A stretch of 64,000 bases of DNA from assembly GCA_963718305.1 (NCBI GenBank), contig CAVQZG010000009.1, positions 166,791 through 230,790 on the forward strand. The letters are read 5' to 3'. The position numbers and the translations under genes were made by a program. This document shows positions 38,652-48,315 of this stretch, one piece after another (the first letter of the stretch is position 1; each line of letters opens with the position of its first letter). The notes below the pieces were generated by a model. The model was given only the letters and a program-made list of their open reading frames with translations, was not told the DNA's origin and did no database searches. This DNA is from an uncultured Actinomycetes bacterium. Lineage in GTDB: Bacteria; Actinomycetota; Actinomycetes; Streptosporangiales; Streptosporangiaceae.

Positions 38652-39299
38652 CTAGGACGGACGGGCAGCGGGCTGGGGCAGGAGCCGCTCCAGCACGGCG
38701 GGGTCCCCGCTGATCTCAAGGCCGGCCGCGGCCGCTTCCCCGATGGTCAGCTTCCCGGAGAGCGTGCCGAGGATGAGCCGAGCGGTTCCCCCGAGGATGA
38801 GGTCCGGGTCAGCCGCGGTCCCAGGCCGCGTGCTGACCGAGCCGCCGGACACCTCGATCACCGCCGGACGATCGGCCGTGCGCAGCTCGATGGTGACCGG
38901 CGGGCCATCCGGATCACGGTCGTGCAGGAAGAACGAGGCGGGAAAGGCGAACCAGTGGCTGCGGAACTCGTCGCCGTCGTTCGGCTGGGCCATGTACCGG
39001 ATGCCCCAGCCGCCGAGGGCATTGAGCACCGGCTCGAGTTCCTTCCCGGCGTCGGTCAGGTGGAAGAGCGCGGTGGCCACGGGCGGCGCAGCCTCCTCGC
39101 GCCAGATCAGGCCGGCCCGCTCCAGTTCCCGGAGGCGGTCCGCGAGCAGGTTGGTGGCGATGCCGGGCAGGCCGCCCTTCAGGTCGGTGTACCGGCACGG
39201 GCCCTGCAGGAGCAGCTCGCGGATGATCAGCAGGGTCCACCGGTCGCCCACGACGTCAAGCGCCTTGGCCACCGAGCAGTACTGGCCGTAGGTCCGCAT
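38652..39299 (-). CDS. HxlR-family winged-helix regulator with C-terminal extension
   Basis: CSVAKALDVVGDRWTLLIIRELLLQGPCRYTDL signature. Confidence 0.85.
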   Translation of the reverse strand: MRTYGQYCSVAKALDVVGDRWTLLIIRELLLQGPCRYTDLKGGLPGIATNLLADRLRELERAGLIWREEAAPPVATALFHLTDAGKELEPVLNALGGWGIRYMAQPNDGDEFRSHWFAFPASFFLHDRDPDGPPVTIELRTADRPAVIEVSGGSVSTRPGTAADPDLILGGTARLILGTLSGKLTIGEAAAAGLEISGDPAVLERLLPQPAARPS

Positions 39300-39380
39300 C
39301 CCCCCACCATACCCGAGTTCCAGTTGAGTGTTAGCACTTAGAACTTGACTTTTATTTTCTTAAGGTTGAGTATTTCAACT

Positions 39381-40940
39381 ATGCGATCCAAGCCCATGAT
39401 TCTCGCGGCGCTGCTGCTCGCCGCGTTCGCCGTCAACCTGGACACCACGATGGTGAACGTGGCCCTGCCCAGCCTGGTGCGGGAACTGCACGCCACCACG
39501 ACCCAGCTGCAGTGGGTGGTGGACGCCTACAACCTGGTCTTCGCCGCGCTGCTGCTGACCTTCGGCAGCCTGTCCGATCGCTTCGGCCGCAAGGGGATGC
39601 TGCTGGCGGGGCTGGCCGTGTTCGGCACGGCCAGCGTGGCCGGCGGCTTCACCACGAGCCCGGGGCAGCTGATCGCGGTCCGGGCGGTGATGGGGCTCGG
39701 GGCCGCCATGACCTTCCCCGCGACGCTCTCGCTGATCTCCAACGTCTTCACGGGGCGGGCCGAACGGGCCCGGGCCATCGGCTTGTGGGGAGCGAGCGCG
39801 GGGGTCGCGATCGCGCTGGGGCCGATCGTCGGCGGCTGGCTCCTGGAGCACTTCAGCTGGGGCAGCATCTTCGTGGCCATGGGCCCCGTGGCGGCCGCGG
39901 GCGCCCTCCTGGTGGCCGCGACCGTCCCGACGTCGAAGGATCCGGCGGCTGCCCCGGTGGACGTGCCCGGGCTGGTGCTGTCGGCCGGGGGCATGGCCCT
40001 GCTGGTCTTCACGATCATCGAGGCGCCCAGCTACGGGTGGGGAAGTGCCCGGAGCGTCGCCGGGTTCGCGGTCTCCGCCGTGCTGCTCGCCGCGTTCATC
40101 GTGGGCGAGCGACGCTCCGCTCACCCCATGCTCGACGTGCGGCTGTTCCGCAACCTGCGGTTCAGCGCGGCCAGCGGCGCGGTCACGGTGGCGTTCTTCA
40201 CCCTGCTCGGCTTCATCTTCCTGATCACCCAGTACTTCCAGTTCGTCCGGGGGTACGGGCCGCTGTCTACCGGGGTGCACCTGCTCCCGGTGGCGCTGGC
40301 GGTCGGCGTCGGCTCCGTGGCCGGAACCCAGCTGGCGGTGCGGGCCGGGACCAAGCTGGTCGTCGCGGCCGGCCTGGTCGCCATGGCGGCGTTCTACGGG
40401 TGGGTCGCGGTGGCGACCACCGCGACCACCAGCTACGGCATCATCGCCGTGCAGATGGTCGTGTACGGGCTCGGGATGGGGCTCAGCTCGGCGCCAGCGA
40501 CCGAGTCCATCATGGGGGCCGTGTCGCGGCGGCACGCCGGCATCGGATCGGCGGTCAACGACTCGACCCGCCTGCTCGGCGGCACCCTGGGCGTCGCGGT
40601 GATCGGCAGTGTCTACGCCTCGCTCTACGGCGCACGGCTGACCGCCAGCCTGCCCGCGGCCCTGCCTGGCCGGCTCTCGGCCCTCGCCCATCAGTCGGTC
40701 GGCGCGGCGTACGCCGTGTCCGGCCGGGTCAGCGCGGCCGGCCACCCGGCCGCCGGCCGGGCCATCCATCTCGCCGCCACCCAGGCGTTCCTGCATGGCC
40801 TCAGCATCGGCAGCGTGGTGGCCGGGAGCGTGGCGGCGGCCGGCGCCGTGGCCGCCGCGGCCTTCCTCCCCGCCCAGCCCCCGGCGGTCGCGGCCGCCCC
40901 CGACGAGGCCGGGGCCCGGCCCGTTCAGCTCACGCGGTAA
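39381..40940 (+). CDS. MFS drug:H+ antiporter (DHA2/EmrB-QacA type, 14 TMS)
   Basis: ATG 39381 (MRSKPMILAALLLAAFAVNLDTTMVNVALPSL..) and ..LSDRFGRKG.. motif A. Confidence 0.9.
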   Translation: MRSKPMILAALLLAAFAVNLDTTMVNVALPSLVRELHATTTQLQWVVDAYNLVFAALLLTFGSLSDRFGRKGMLLAGLAVFGTASVAGGFTTSPGQLIAVRAVMGLGAAMTFPATLSLISNVFTGRAERARAIGLWGASAGVAIALGPIVGGWLLEHFSWGSIFVAMGPVAAAGALLVAATVPTSKDPAAAPVDVPGLVLSAGGMALLVFTIIEAPSYGWGSARSVAGFAVSAVLLAAFIVGERRSAHPMLDVRLFRNLRFSAASGAVTVAFFTLLGFIFLITQYFQFVRGYGPLSTGVHLLPVALAVGVGSVAGTQLAVRAGTKLVVAAGLVAMAAFYGWVAVATTATTSYGIIAVQMVVYGLGMGLSSAPATESIMGAVSRRHAGIGSAVNDSTRLLGGTLGVAVIGSVYASLYGARLTASLPAALPGRLSALAHQSVGAAYAVSGRVSAAGHPAAGRAIHLAATQAFLHGLSIGSVVAGSVAAAGAVAAAAFLPAQPPAVAAAPDEAGARPVQLTR

Positions 40941-40944
40941 CCCA

Positions 40945-40984
40945 GGGCCGGGTGCGGTAACGCGGGGCCGGGTGCGGTAACGCG
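40945..40984. repeat. 2 x 20-nt perfect tandem repeat gggccgggtgcggtaacgcg
   Basis: Units at 40945-40964 and 40965-40984. The core gcggtaac also occurs at 40934-40941, where it contains the MFS stop codon. Confidence 0.9.
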
Positions 40985-40995
40985 GGTGGGTGCAG

Positions 40996-41013
40996 CCGGA
41001 ATCTGGATTCCGG
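40996..41013. promoter_or_regulatory. perfect 8-2-8 palindrome ccggaatc-tg-gattccgg, candidate TetR operator
   Basis: It lies 50 nt upstream of the second MFS start. A related half-site pair cggaa-N6-ttccg sits at 41032-41047. A TetR gene is co-directional downstream. Confidence 0.45.
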
Positions 41014-41064
41014 TTTGCTAAGCTCCCTAATCGGAAGCACGATTCCGTTTCGGGGGAGGTCGTC

Positions 41065-42528
41065 GTGGCCGTTGCTAGCCGGCGCGCGCACCATCAGGTG
41101 ACGTTTACGGTGCTGGCCCTGGGGATCGGCGCGTTCGCGCTGTTGCAGTCGCTGGTGGTCCCGGTGCTGACCACGGTCCAGCACCAGCTGCATACCTCGC
41201 AGGACACGGTGACCTGGGTGCTGACCGCCTACCTGCTGTCGGCGTCGATCATGACGCCGATCCTGGGGCGGATCGGCGACATGACCGGCAAGAAGCGGGT
41301 GTTCGTCGGCGCGCTGGTGGCGCTGGCGGTCGGCTCGCTGCTGGCGGCGCTCGCTCCCTCGATCGGGGTGATGATCGTGGCCCGGGTGATCCAGGGGGCC
41401 GGCGGCGGGATGGTGCCGGTCGCGTTCGGGATCATCCGGGATGAGTTCCCGGCCGGGAAGGTCGCCGGCGCGGTCGGGGTCCTGGCCGCGCTGACCGCGG
41501 TCGGGGCTGGCCTCGGCATCGTCCTGGCGGGCCCGATCGTGAACGCGCTGGACTACCACTGGCTGTTCTGGCTGCCGCTGATCCTGACCGTGGTGGCCGC
41601 GGTGGCCGCGGTACTGCTGGTTCCCGAGTCGCCCGTGCGGACCCCCGGGCGCATCTCCTGGCTGCCCGCGGTGCTGCTGTCCGGCTGGCTGGTCGCGCTG
41701 CTGGTCGCGCTGAGCGAGGCCCCGGTCTGGGGCTGGGGCTCCAGCCGGGTGATCGGCCTGCTGGCCGCGGCGGTCGTCCTCGCGGTGGCCTGGGTCGTCG
41801 CCGAACTGCGCGCGGCCACCCCGCTGATCGACATGAAGATGATGCGGCGGACCGCCGTATGGACCAACAACCTGGTCGCCCTGCTCATCGGCGTGGGAAT
41901 GTACGCGACGTTCGCTTTCCTGCCCGAGTTCGTGCAGACCCCCCCGGCCGCCGGGTACGGGTTCGGCGCGAGCATCACCCAGTCCGGGCTGATGCTGCTG
42001 CCCTCGACGATCACCATGTTCGCGGTGGGCATGTTCGTGGGCCGGCTGACCCGCGCGCTCGGCGGCAAGGTGCTCGTGATCGCCGGGTGCCTGATCGGGT
42101 GTGCGGCCATGCTGATCCTCGCCTTCGCGCACACCTACGAATGGGAGATCTATCTCTCCAGCGCCATCATGGGTGTGGGATTCGGGCTCGTCTTCTCGGC
42201 CATGTCGGCGCTGGTCGTGGCCGCGGTGCCGCCCTCGCAGACCGGCGTCGCGAGCGGCATGAACGCGAACATCCGCACGATCGGCGGCAGCATCGGCGCG
42301 GCGGTGATGGCCAGCATCGTCACCTCGCAGCTGGGGCCCTCCGGGCTGCCGGAGGAGTCCGGCTACACCACCGGGTTCGCGGTGATGGCCGCGGGGCTGG
42401 CGCTGGCCGCCCTGGCCGGCCTGCTCATCCCGGCCGCCCGCGGGCTGCGGCGCGGGGCCGGTGAGCTGGACCACGCCGAACTGGCGATGGTGGCCGGCGG
42501 GACGGTCACCGGGGACGAGAGCGAGTGA
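41065..42528 (+). CDS. MFS drug:H+ antiporter (DHA2 type)
   Basis: GTG 41065 preceded by gggggagg. Motifs ..FALLQSLVVPVL.., ..GRIGDMTGKKR..; 14 hydrophobic segments. Confidence 0.88.
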   Translation: MAVASRRAHHQVTFTVLALGIGAFALLQSLVVPVLTTVQHQLHTSQDTVTWVLTAYLLSASIMTPILGRIGDMTGKKRVFVGALVALAVGSLLAALAPSIGVMIVARVIQGAGGGMVPVAFGIIRDEFPAGKVAGAVGVLAALTAVGAGLGIVLAGPIVNALDYHWLFWLPLILTVVAAVAAVLLVPESPVRTPGRISWLPAVLLSGWLVALLVALSEAPVWGWGSSRVIGLLAAAVVLAVAWVVAELRAATPLIDMKMMRRTAVWTNNLVALLIGVGMYATFAFLPEFVQTPPAAGYGFGASITQSGLMLLPSTITMFAVGMFVGRLTRALGGKVLVIAGCLIGCAAMLILAFAHTYEWEIYLSSAIMGVGFGLVFSAMSALVVAAVPPSQTGVASGMNANIRTIGGSIGAAVMASIVTSQLGPSGLPEESGYTTGFAVMAAGLALAALAGLLIPAARGLRRGAGELDHAELAMVAGGTVTGDESE

Positions 42529-43161
42529 GCGGTCCCGCCCCGCAACGGGTCCTGGGCACCCGGCGCGACGCCGTCCGGAACTATCACGCCATCCTGGCCG
42601 CCGCGCGCGACGTGCTGGGCGAGTCTGGCGCCGACGCCAGCATGGAGGAGATCGCCGCGCGGGCCGGCGTGGGCGTCGGCACCGTCTACCGCCACTTCGC
42701 CAGCAAAGACGCCCTGATCGATGAGCTGCTGCGGCTGGCCCTCGAGGAGGTCCTGTCGTCCACCGACCGGGCGCTGGCGCGCCCCGGCGGATACGGGCTC
42801 GAAGAGTTCCTGCGGGCCCTGGGCCAGTCGTTCGCCGACCATGCCCGCTACGCGGACCTGTTCCTCCAGCGCCGCACGGACGATGCCACCACCCGCCGGA
42901 TCCGGGCCGCGGTCGACGAGCTCACCGCCCGCGCCGTGGCCGCCGGCACGGTGAACCCGGGTATCACCCCCGGCGACGTCCTGGCGCTGGTCTGGGGCAT
43001 GCGCGGGCTCGTGCAGGCCGCCGGAGAAGTCGCTCCCGGCGCCTGGCAGCGGTTCCTCGACATCCACCTGGCCGGCCTGCGGGCCGCGGGACCGCTCAGC
43101 GGCACACCCTCCGCTGTCGTCCCGGCAGCTGGCCAAGCTGGCCCCGCGGCGCCCGGCCTGA
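42525..43161 (+). CDS. TetR/AcrR-family regulator, 3' end unresolved
   Basis: ATGA-type overlap with the MFS stop and HTH ..SMEEIAARAGVGVGTVYRHFASKDAL... The family-like sequence ends near ..FLDIHLAGLRA (about 43090), but the in-frame stop is only at 43868. The +1 frame stops at 43159-43161 and the +2 frame at 43208-43210. Confidence 0.65.
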
Positions 43162-43227
43162 CCGCCGCCCGGCGGCTGACCCTGCGGTCGCGCTGGACAC
43201 TCCGGCCTGACGTGAGAGGGTCGCGGG

Positions 43228-44034
43228 ATGACGCTGCGGTTCTCGCCCAACCTGTCCCTGCTCTGGGCGGACCTGCCGCTGCCCGAACGGTTCGCCCGGG
43301 CCGCCGCGGCCGGGTTCGGCGCGGTCGAGCTGTGGTGGCCTGGCGACGAGGAGGCCGCGCGGCTGCCTCAGCTGACCCAGCGCTGGGGGCTGCACCTCGC
43401 GCTGCTGAACTTCGACGCCGGGAACATGCCCGCCGGCGACCGCGGCCTGGCCGCCGACCCGGACCGCACCGCCCGGTTGCGGGCCCACGTGCCGCTGGCC
43501 CTGCGGATCGCGGCGGACTGCGGCTGCCCCAGGCTGAACCTGCTGGCCGGGCTGCGCGACGAGCGTTACCCGCTGGACCAGCAACTCCGGCTGGCCCGGG
43601 ACAACGTGGCCTGGGCCGCCGACCAGGCCGCGGAGTCGGGCCGCCAGGTGATGATCGAGGCCCTCAATTCCATGGAGAACGGCCCCTGCCTGCTCACCAC
43701 CACCGCGGCCGCGGCCGCCTTCATCGCGCAGACCGGGCGCGAGAATGTCGGGCTGCAGTACGACGCCTACCACATGCAGCGGATGGAAGGCGATCTCGCC
43801 ACCACGCTGGATACCTACTGGCCCCTGATCAGCCACATCCAGATCGCGGACGTGCCCGGCCGGGGTGAGCCGGGCACCGGCGAGATCAACTACCGCTTCC
43901 TGCTCCGCTACCTGGACCGGAAGGGCTACCACGGCCATGTCGGGCTGGAATACCGGCCCTCCGGTGGCCGTCCCGAGGACTCCTTCGGCTGGCTGGAGGA
44001 GTACGGGCTGTGGCCCGGCGAGGCACCGGGCTGA
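43228..44034 (+). CDS. hydroxypyruvate isomerase-family (xylose-isomerase-like TIM barrel) protein
   Basis: MTLRFSPNLSLLWADLPLPERF..GFGAVELWWP..IEALNS..HIQIADVPGRGEPGTGEINY... Confidence 0.85.
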   Translation: MTLRFSPNLSLLWADLPLPERFARAAAAGFGAVELWWPGDEEAARLPQLTQRWGLHLALLNFDAGNMPAGDRGLAADPDRTARLRAHVPLALRIAADCGCPRLNLLAGLRDERYPLDQQLRLARDNVAWAADQAAESGRQVMIEALNSMENGPCLLTTTAAAAAFIAQTGRENVGLQYDAYHMQRMEGDLATTLDTYWPLISHIQIADVPGRGEPGTGEINYRFLLRYLDRKGYHGHVGLEYRPSGGRPEDSFGWLEEYGLWPGEAPG

Positions 44035-44229
44035 GGGCAGGGGACCGCGGGCCCTTACCGGACTGGCCCGGAGATCGCCCGGCTATCCGGATATATACCG
44101 ATATTCAGGAATCAGTACGGTGGCGCACGGTTATAGCAAAGGTTGCCAACATATATGTGTTCGATTAGTGTCGGTTGGTATTGCGTCGGCCCAGGGGGGC
44201 CAGCGTGTATATCACGCTAGGGGGCATCG

Positions 44230-45345
44230 ATGCGCAGATTCTTCACGGCTGCGTGCGCCACGACATTCGGAATTACACTCAGTACGGCATTCGCGGTGGC
44301 CGGATCGGCTTCCGCGGCCACCACACACCAGGCCAGGCCGGCGGCGACGATCGTCGTGTCGCCTGGTCAGTCCATCCAGGCTGCGGTCAACCACGCGCAC
44401 CCGGGTGACACCGTGCTACTCAAACCAGGCGTGTATCACCAGAGCGTGCAGATCCGCACCGACGGGATCACCCTGCGGGGCTCGGGTAATTCCCGGCACG
44501 GCACGGTACTGAAGCCGCCGGCCAGGAAACCGCACACCCTGTGCACCGGTGCGTTCGGGGTTACCGGCGTGTGCATCCTGGCCAAGAAGGTCAACATGCA
44601 GAGCGGGGCTGTGCTGCGGGCGGTCCGCCACGACACGGTCACCGGGATGTACGTCACCGGCTTTCCCGCCAATGGCGTGTTCGGCTACGGCACGAACGGC
44701 CTCACGGTGACCAACGTGTCGGCGGTCAACGACGGTGACTACGGCATCTCGCGCTTCGAGTCCACGCGGACCTTGTTCGCCCGTGATACCGCGGTCGGCA
44801 ACCATGAGGCCGGCTTCTACGTGGGCGATTCACCGGACGCGGATACGGTCGTGCGCGACAACGTCTCCATCGGCAACCAGTTCGGGATCTTTGTCCGGCA
44901 CGCCCGGGGAGTTGCGGTGTTCCACAACCTGGCCATCAAGAACTGCGAGGGCATCCTGGTGCTCGATGACGGCCAGAAGGGTGGTGCGGGCAACGCGGCC
45001 ATCTTCAGGAACGTCGCGATCGGCAACAACAAGTTCTGCGCGAAGTCCGGCGACACACCGGTCAACGTGAAGGGTGGCGGGATCCTGCTGCTGGGCGCCA
45101 CGCGCACCCTGGTCGCGCACAATGCCGTTTCCGGCAACACCGGGCGGCAGTTCAACTCCGGCGGGATCGTCGTGCTGAGTGCCAGCACGATCAGCCACGG
45201 GAGCAATCCCAACCACGACACGATCGTCGCCAACCACGCCTTCCGTAACCGGCCAGCCGACCTGATCTGGGACGGCACCGGGGTCGGCGTCCACTTTGTG
45301 GCCAACCACTGCGGGACGTCACAGCCCGCCGGGCTCTGCCACTAA
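44230..45345 (+). CDS. secreted right-handed parallel beta-helix repeat protein (NosD-like)
   Basis: Signal ..AFAVAGSASAATT and N-terminal ..GDTVLLKPGVYHQSVQI..GITLRG... Repeated ..N.(V/A).GN..GI.V.. turns. Confidence 0.8.
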   Translation: MRRFFTAACATTFGITLSTAFAVAGSASAATTHQARPAATIVVSPGQSIQAAVNHAHPGDTVLLKPGVYHQSVQIRTDGITLRGSGNSRHGTVLKPPARKPHTLCTGAFGVTGVCILAKKVNMQSGAVLRAVRHDTVTGMYVTGFPANGVFGYGTNGLTVTNVSAVNDGDYGISRFESTRTLFARDTAVGNHEAGFYVGDSPDADTVVRDNVSIGNQFGIFVRHARGVAVFHNLAIKNCEGILVLDDGQKGGAGNAAIFRNVAIGNNKFCAKSGDTPVNVKGGGILLLGATRTLVAHNAVSGNTGRQFNSGGIVVLSASTISHGSNPNHDTIVANHAFRNRPADLIWDGTGVGVHFVANHCGTSQPAGLCH

Positions 45346-45434
45346 CTCAGCCGGTCTGCTGGCCCCCACCGCGGCCGACGCGTCCGCGGGCCGATAGGTC
45401 GCTGATCTTCAGCTGCCGGTCCCGCGATGGCCAG

Positions 45435-45472
45435 GATCCCGCGGGGAATCTGCTCAGATTCCCCGCGGGATC
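45435..45472 (+). terminator. 18-bp perfect inverted repeat, terminator-like hairpin or protein-binding palindrome
   Basis: gatcccgcggggaatctg (45435-45452), ct, cagattccccgcgggatc (45455-45472), 90 nt after the beta-helix gene stop. No T tract. Confidence 0.5.
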
Positions 45473-45735
45473 TGTGAGCCGGTACTGAGCTGACCCGGGC
45501 GGCCGTCCGCGGCCAGCTCTCTCGTTCCCCCCGGGGGGCTTCCGCATCCTGGCGGATTTTGCCAGCCGCTTTGCGATATATTTCGTGTTTGCACGATATC
45601 TCGGGGAACGGGCAATGGCTGCCAGTACCGCCTGGCCGCCGGTCCGGAATGGCTGGTGGCCATTGCCGGACCGGCCGCTGCGAGCGGCGGGGTGCTGGCG
45701 GGCGAGGACGGGTGCAGATACCTGTGGCGGCATAG

Positions 45736-47370
45736 ATGACCGGGGATCGCGGGTCTGCACTGCCCCGGCGGCGCGGGCCGGACCTGGCGGGGATGGCCGC
45801 GTTCACCCTGGATTCCGGGGGCCGGGTGGCCTCATGGCCGGTGTCGGCCGAGCGGCTCTTCGGTCATCCGGCGTCAGAGGTCGGCGGGCGTGACGTGTGT
45901 GACGTGCTGATGACCGGCCCTGGCCAGCGTGAGCTGGCCGGCGAGGCGCTGGCCGAGGTCGCGGCCGGGCGGGTCTGGACCGCGACGATGAGCATGGCTT
46001 TCGCGGGCGGCAGCGGCCCGGTCGCCGTCCGCTGGGAGCCGCTGGGCGGGCCGGACGCCGGGGTGCTGGTGATCGGGCAGCATGTCTCGCCGGGCGTCGG
46101 CCCGGGCTGGCTGCGTGAGGCGGCCGACCGGATCGGCACCACGCTCGACCTGCCCCGTACCGCCCGCGAGGTCGCCGACGTCGCGGTGCCCGCGTTCGCC
46201 GATGCCGTGGCCATCTTCGTGTTCGAACGGCTGCTCGCCGCCGACGAGCCCGTCTCGCCCCAGGCCGGGCACGGGGCGGTGGTGCGGCGGCTGGTGGCCC
46301 GGCTGGCGGGCCAGCCCACCTCGGTCACCGACAGCGTGCTGCGCCCCGGTGAGGTGCTGGTCTTCGAGGATGAGTCGCCCAGCTTCCGGGCGATGCATAC
46401 CCGGAGCCCGGTCCTGTTCGACCGCCTCGACGACGAGAGCGCCGAGCGGGTCGGCCGCCGCCCCGGCGGCCGTGACCTCACCTCCGGCTACGCGTCGTGG
46501 CTGTCCGTCCCCCTGGTGGCCCAGGGCGTGGTCCTGGGGTGCGCGACGTTCGGCCGGGCGCCGCAGAGCCCGGACTTCGGGCCCGCGGACATCGCCGCGG
46601 CGGGCGAGCTCGCCTCGCGGGCGGCGGTGTGCATCGACAATGCCCGCCTGTATCACCGGGAACGGCGGACCGCCTTCGCGCTGCAGCGCGGCCTGCTGCC
46701 TGCCGAGCCGCGCGTCCCGGCGGGCGTGGAGGTCGCGCACCTGTACCTGCCGGTGGGCGCCAGCATGGTGGGCGGGGACTGGCATGACATCGTCGCCCTG
46801 CCGGGCGGCCGGGTGGCCCTGGTCGTGGGGGACGCGATGGGGCACGGCCCGGAGGCGGCAGCGGTCATGGTGCAGCTGCGCACCGCGACGCACCTCCTGG
46901 CCGGCCTGGACCTGCCCCCCGCCGAGTTGCTGGCCACCCTGGACACGATGGTCGCGGGCATGCCCGCCTCGCCGTACGCCACCTGCATCTGCGCCGTGAT
47001 CGACATCGGGGCCAGCACCGCCGTGATCGCGGCCGCCGGTCACCCGCCGCCCGTGCTGGCCCTGCCGGGCGGAAGCACCGAGGTGCTCGCCGTGCCCGCC
47101 GGGCTCCCGCTGGGGCTCAGCGCCGGGACCTTCGAAGTCGCCCAGGTCACCCTGCCGCCGGGAGCCACACTCGCGCTTTATACCGACGGGCTGGCGGAAA
47201 GCCGCACCCGGCCGCTGGACGACGGCATCGCCGCGCTGCGCGACGCGCTCGGCTCCGTCCTGGACCAGCCCGGCACGTCGCTGGACAGCGCGTCCGAGAC
47301 GATAAGCCAGGCGCTGCGCCAGCGCGGCGAGGACGACATCACTCTCGTCCTGGCCCGCATTCGGCAGTAA
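45736..47370 (+). CDS. PAS-GAF-PP2C (SpoIIE-type) serine phosphatase
   Basis: PAS ..AFTLDSGGRVASWPVSAERLFG.., a central GAF-like region, and PP2C/SpoIIE motifs ..GGDWHD.., ..VVGDAMGHG.., ..LYTDGLAE... Confidence 0.9.
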   Translation: MTGDRGSALPRRRGPDLAGMAAFTLDSGGRVASWPVSAERLFGHPASEVGGRDVCDVLMTGPGQRELAGEALAEVAAGRVWTATMSMAFAGGSGPVAVRWEPLGGPDAGVLVIGQHVSPGVGPGWLREAADRIGTTLDLPRTAREVADVAVPAFADAVAIFVFERLLAADEPVSPQAGHGAVVRRLVARLAGQPTSVTDSVLRPGEVLVFEDESPSFRAMHTRSPVLFDRLDDESAERVGRRPGGRDLTSGYASWLSVPLVAQGVVLGCATFGRAPQSPDFGPADIAAAGELASRAAVCIDNARLYHRERRTAFALQRGLLPAEPRVPAGVEVAHLYLPVGASMVGGDWHDIVALPGGRVALVVGDAMGHGPEAAAVMVQLRTATHLLAGLDLPPAELLATLDTMVAGMPASPYATCICAVIDIGASTAVIAAAGHPPPVLALPGGSTEVLAVPAGLPLGLSAGTFEVAQVTLPPGATLALYTDGLAESRTRPLDDGIAALRDALGSVLDQPGTSLDSASETISQALRQRGEDDITLVLARIRQ

Positions 47371-48244
47371 GCGCGTCGAGCACGACGCGGACCGCGGGCT
47401 TACGGTCACCGCCGCGGCGGCTGACGGTGAAGATCTGGCGGGTGACCGGCTCGGCCGGCTGGACCAGCTGAACCCCCGGGGGCAGCGGCCGGGCGGCGAG
47501 CCGGGGCACCAGGGTGACCCCGGCGCCCGCGGCCACCAGGCTGAGCAGGACATGGAAGTCGCTGGCCCGGGCGACGACCCGGGGGACGAAGCCGGCCCGG
47601 GCACAGGCGCGCTGGATCATTTCGGCGCAGCTCGTATTGCTCCGCGGGGCGAGGAACGGCTGGCTGGTCAGCGAGCGCAGCTCCAGCGGGCCCCCGGCTG
47701 CGGCGGCGCTGCCGGCCGGGACCGCGACGCACACCGGATCGGAGACCAGCTCACGCCGCTCGAAAAGCGGATCGAGGGGCCGCGGGAGCAGGTCGTATTC
47801 GTGGGCGATGGCCACGTCGGCCGCGCCGCGGAGCACGGCGGGCAGGGCCTCCTCGGGTTCCATCTCCACCAGGTCGAGCTGCACCTGCGGTGCGGAGCCG
47901 GCCAGCTCGGCCCACGCTCCGGGCACGATGGCGGCCGCGGCAGAGGGGAACGCGGCCAGCGCGACCCGCCCGGCGACCTGATCACGCAGCGCGGCCAGGT
48001 CGGCCTCGGCCGCCTCGAGCTGGGCCAGGAGGGCGTCGGTGTGGGCCACCAGGAGGCCGGCCGCGGCCGTCAGCCCGATGCCCCGGCCCGCACGTTCGGT
48101 CAGCTGCATCCCGACGTCCCGCTCCAGGGCGGCCAGCTGCTGGGAAACGGCGGGGGCCGAGTAGCCCAGCGCCGCGGCCGCGGCGGTGACCGATCCGTGT
48201 GCGCTGACGGCATGCAGGATCCGGAGACGCCGCATATCCAGCAT
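47339..48244 (-). CDS. LysR-family transcriptional regulator
   Basis: MLDMRRLRILHAVSAHGSVTAAAAALGYSAPAVSQQLAALE wHTH. The 3' end overlaps the phosphatase 3' end by 32 nt. Divergent from the EamA gene. Confidence 0.88.
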   Translation of the reverse strand: MLDMRRLRILHAVSAHGSVTAAAAALGYSAPAVSQQLAALERDVGMQLTERAGRGIGLTAAAGLLVAHTDALLAQLEAAEADLAALRDQVAGRVALAAFPSAAAAIVPGAWAELAGSAPQVQLDLVEMEPEEALPAVLRGAADVAIAHEYDLLPRPLDPLFERRELVSDPVCVAVPAGSAAAAGGPLELRSLTSQPFLAPRSNTSCAEMIQRACARAGFVPRVVARASDFHVLLSLVAAGAGVTLVPRLAARPLPPGVQLVQPAEPVTRQIFTVSRRGGDRKPAVRVVLDALTAECGPGRE

Positions 48245-48315
48245 GAAGCGGAGCTTATCATTTACCAATAATTCTGTAACTGGACCGAAAGTCTCCGGCG
48301 GCCCAGACTGGAGTC

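Noticed and set aside
44040-44229. AT-richer 190-bp stretch with palindromes tatccggata (44084-44093) and agcgtg-tatat-cacgct (44202-44218), considered as a small RNA or mobile-element end
   Set aside because: The position immediately upstream of the secreted beta-helix gene fits an ordinary promoter/operator region. There are no terminal inverted repeats, no target duplications and no known RNA motif.
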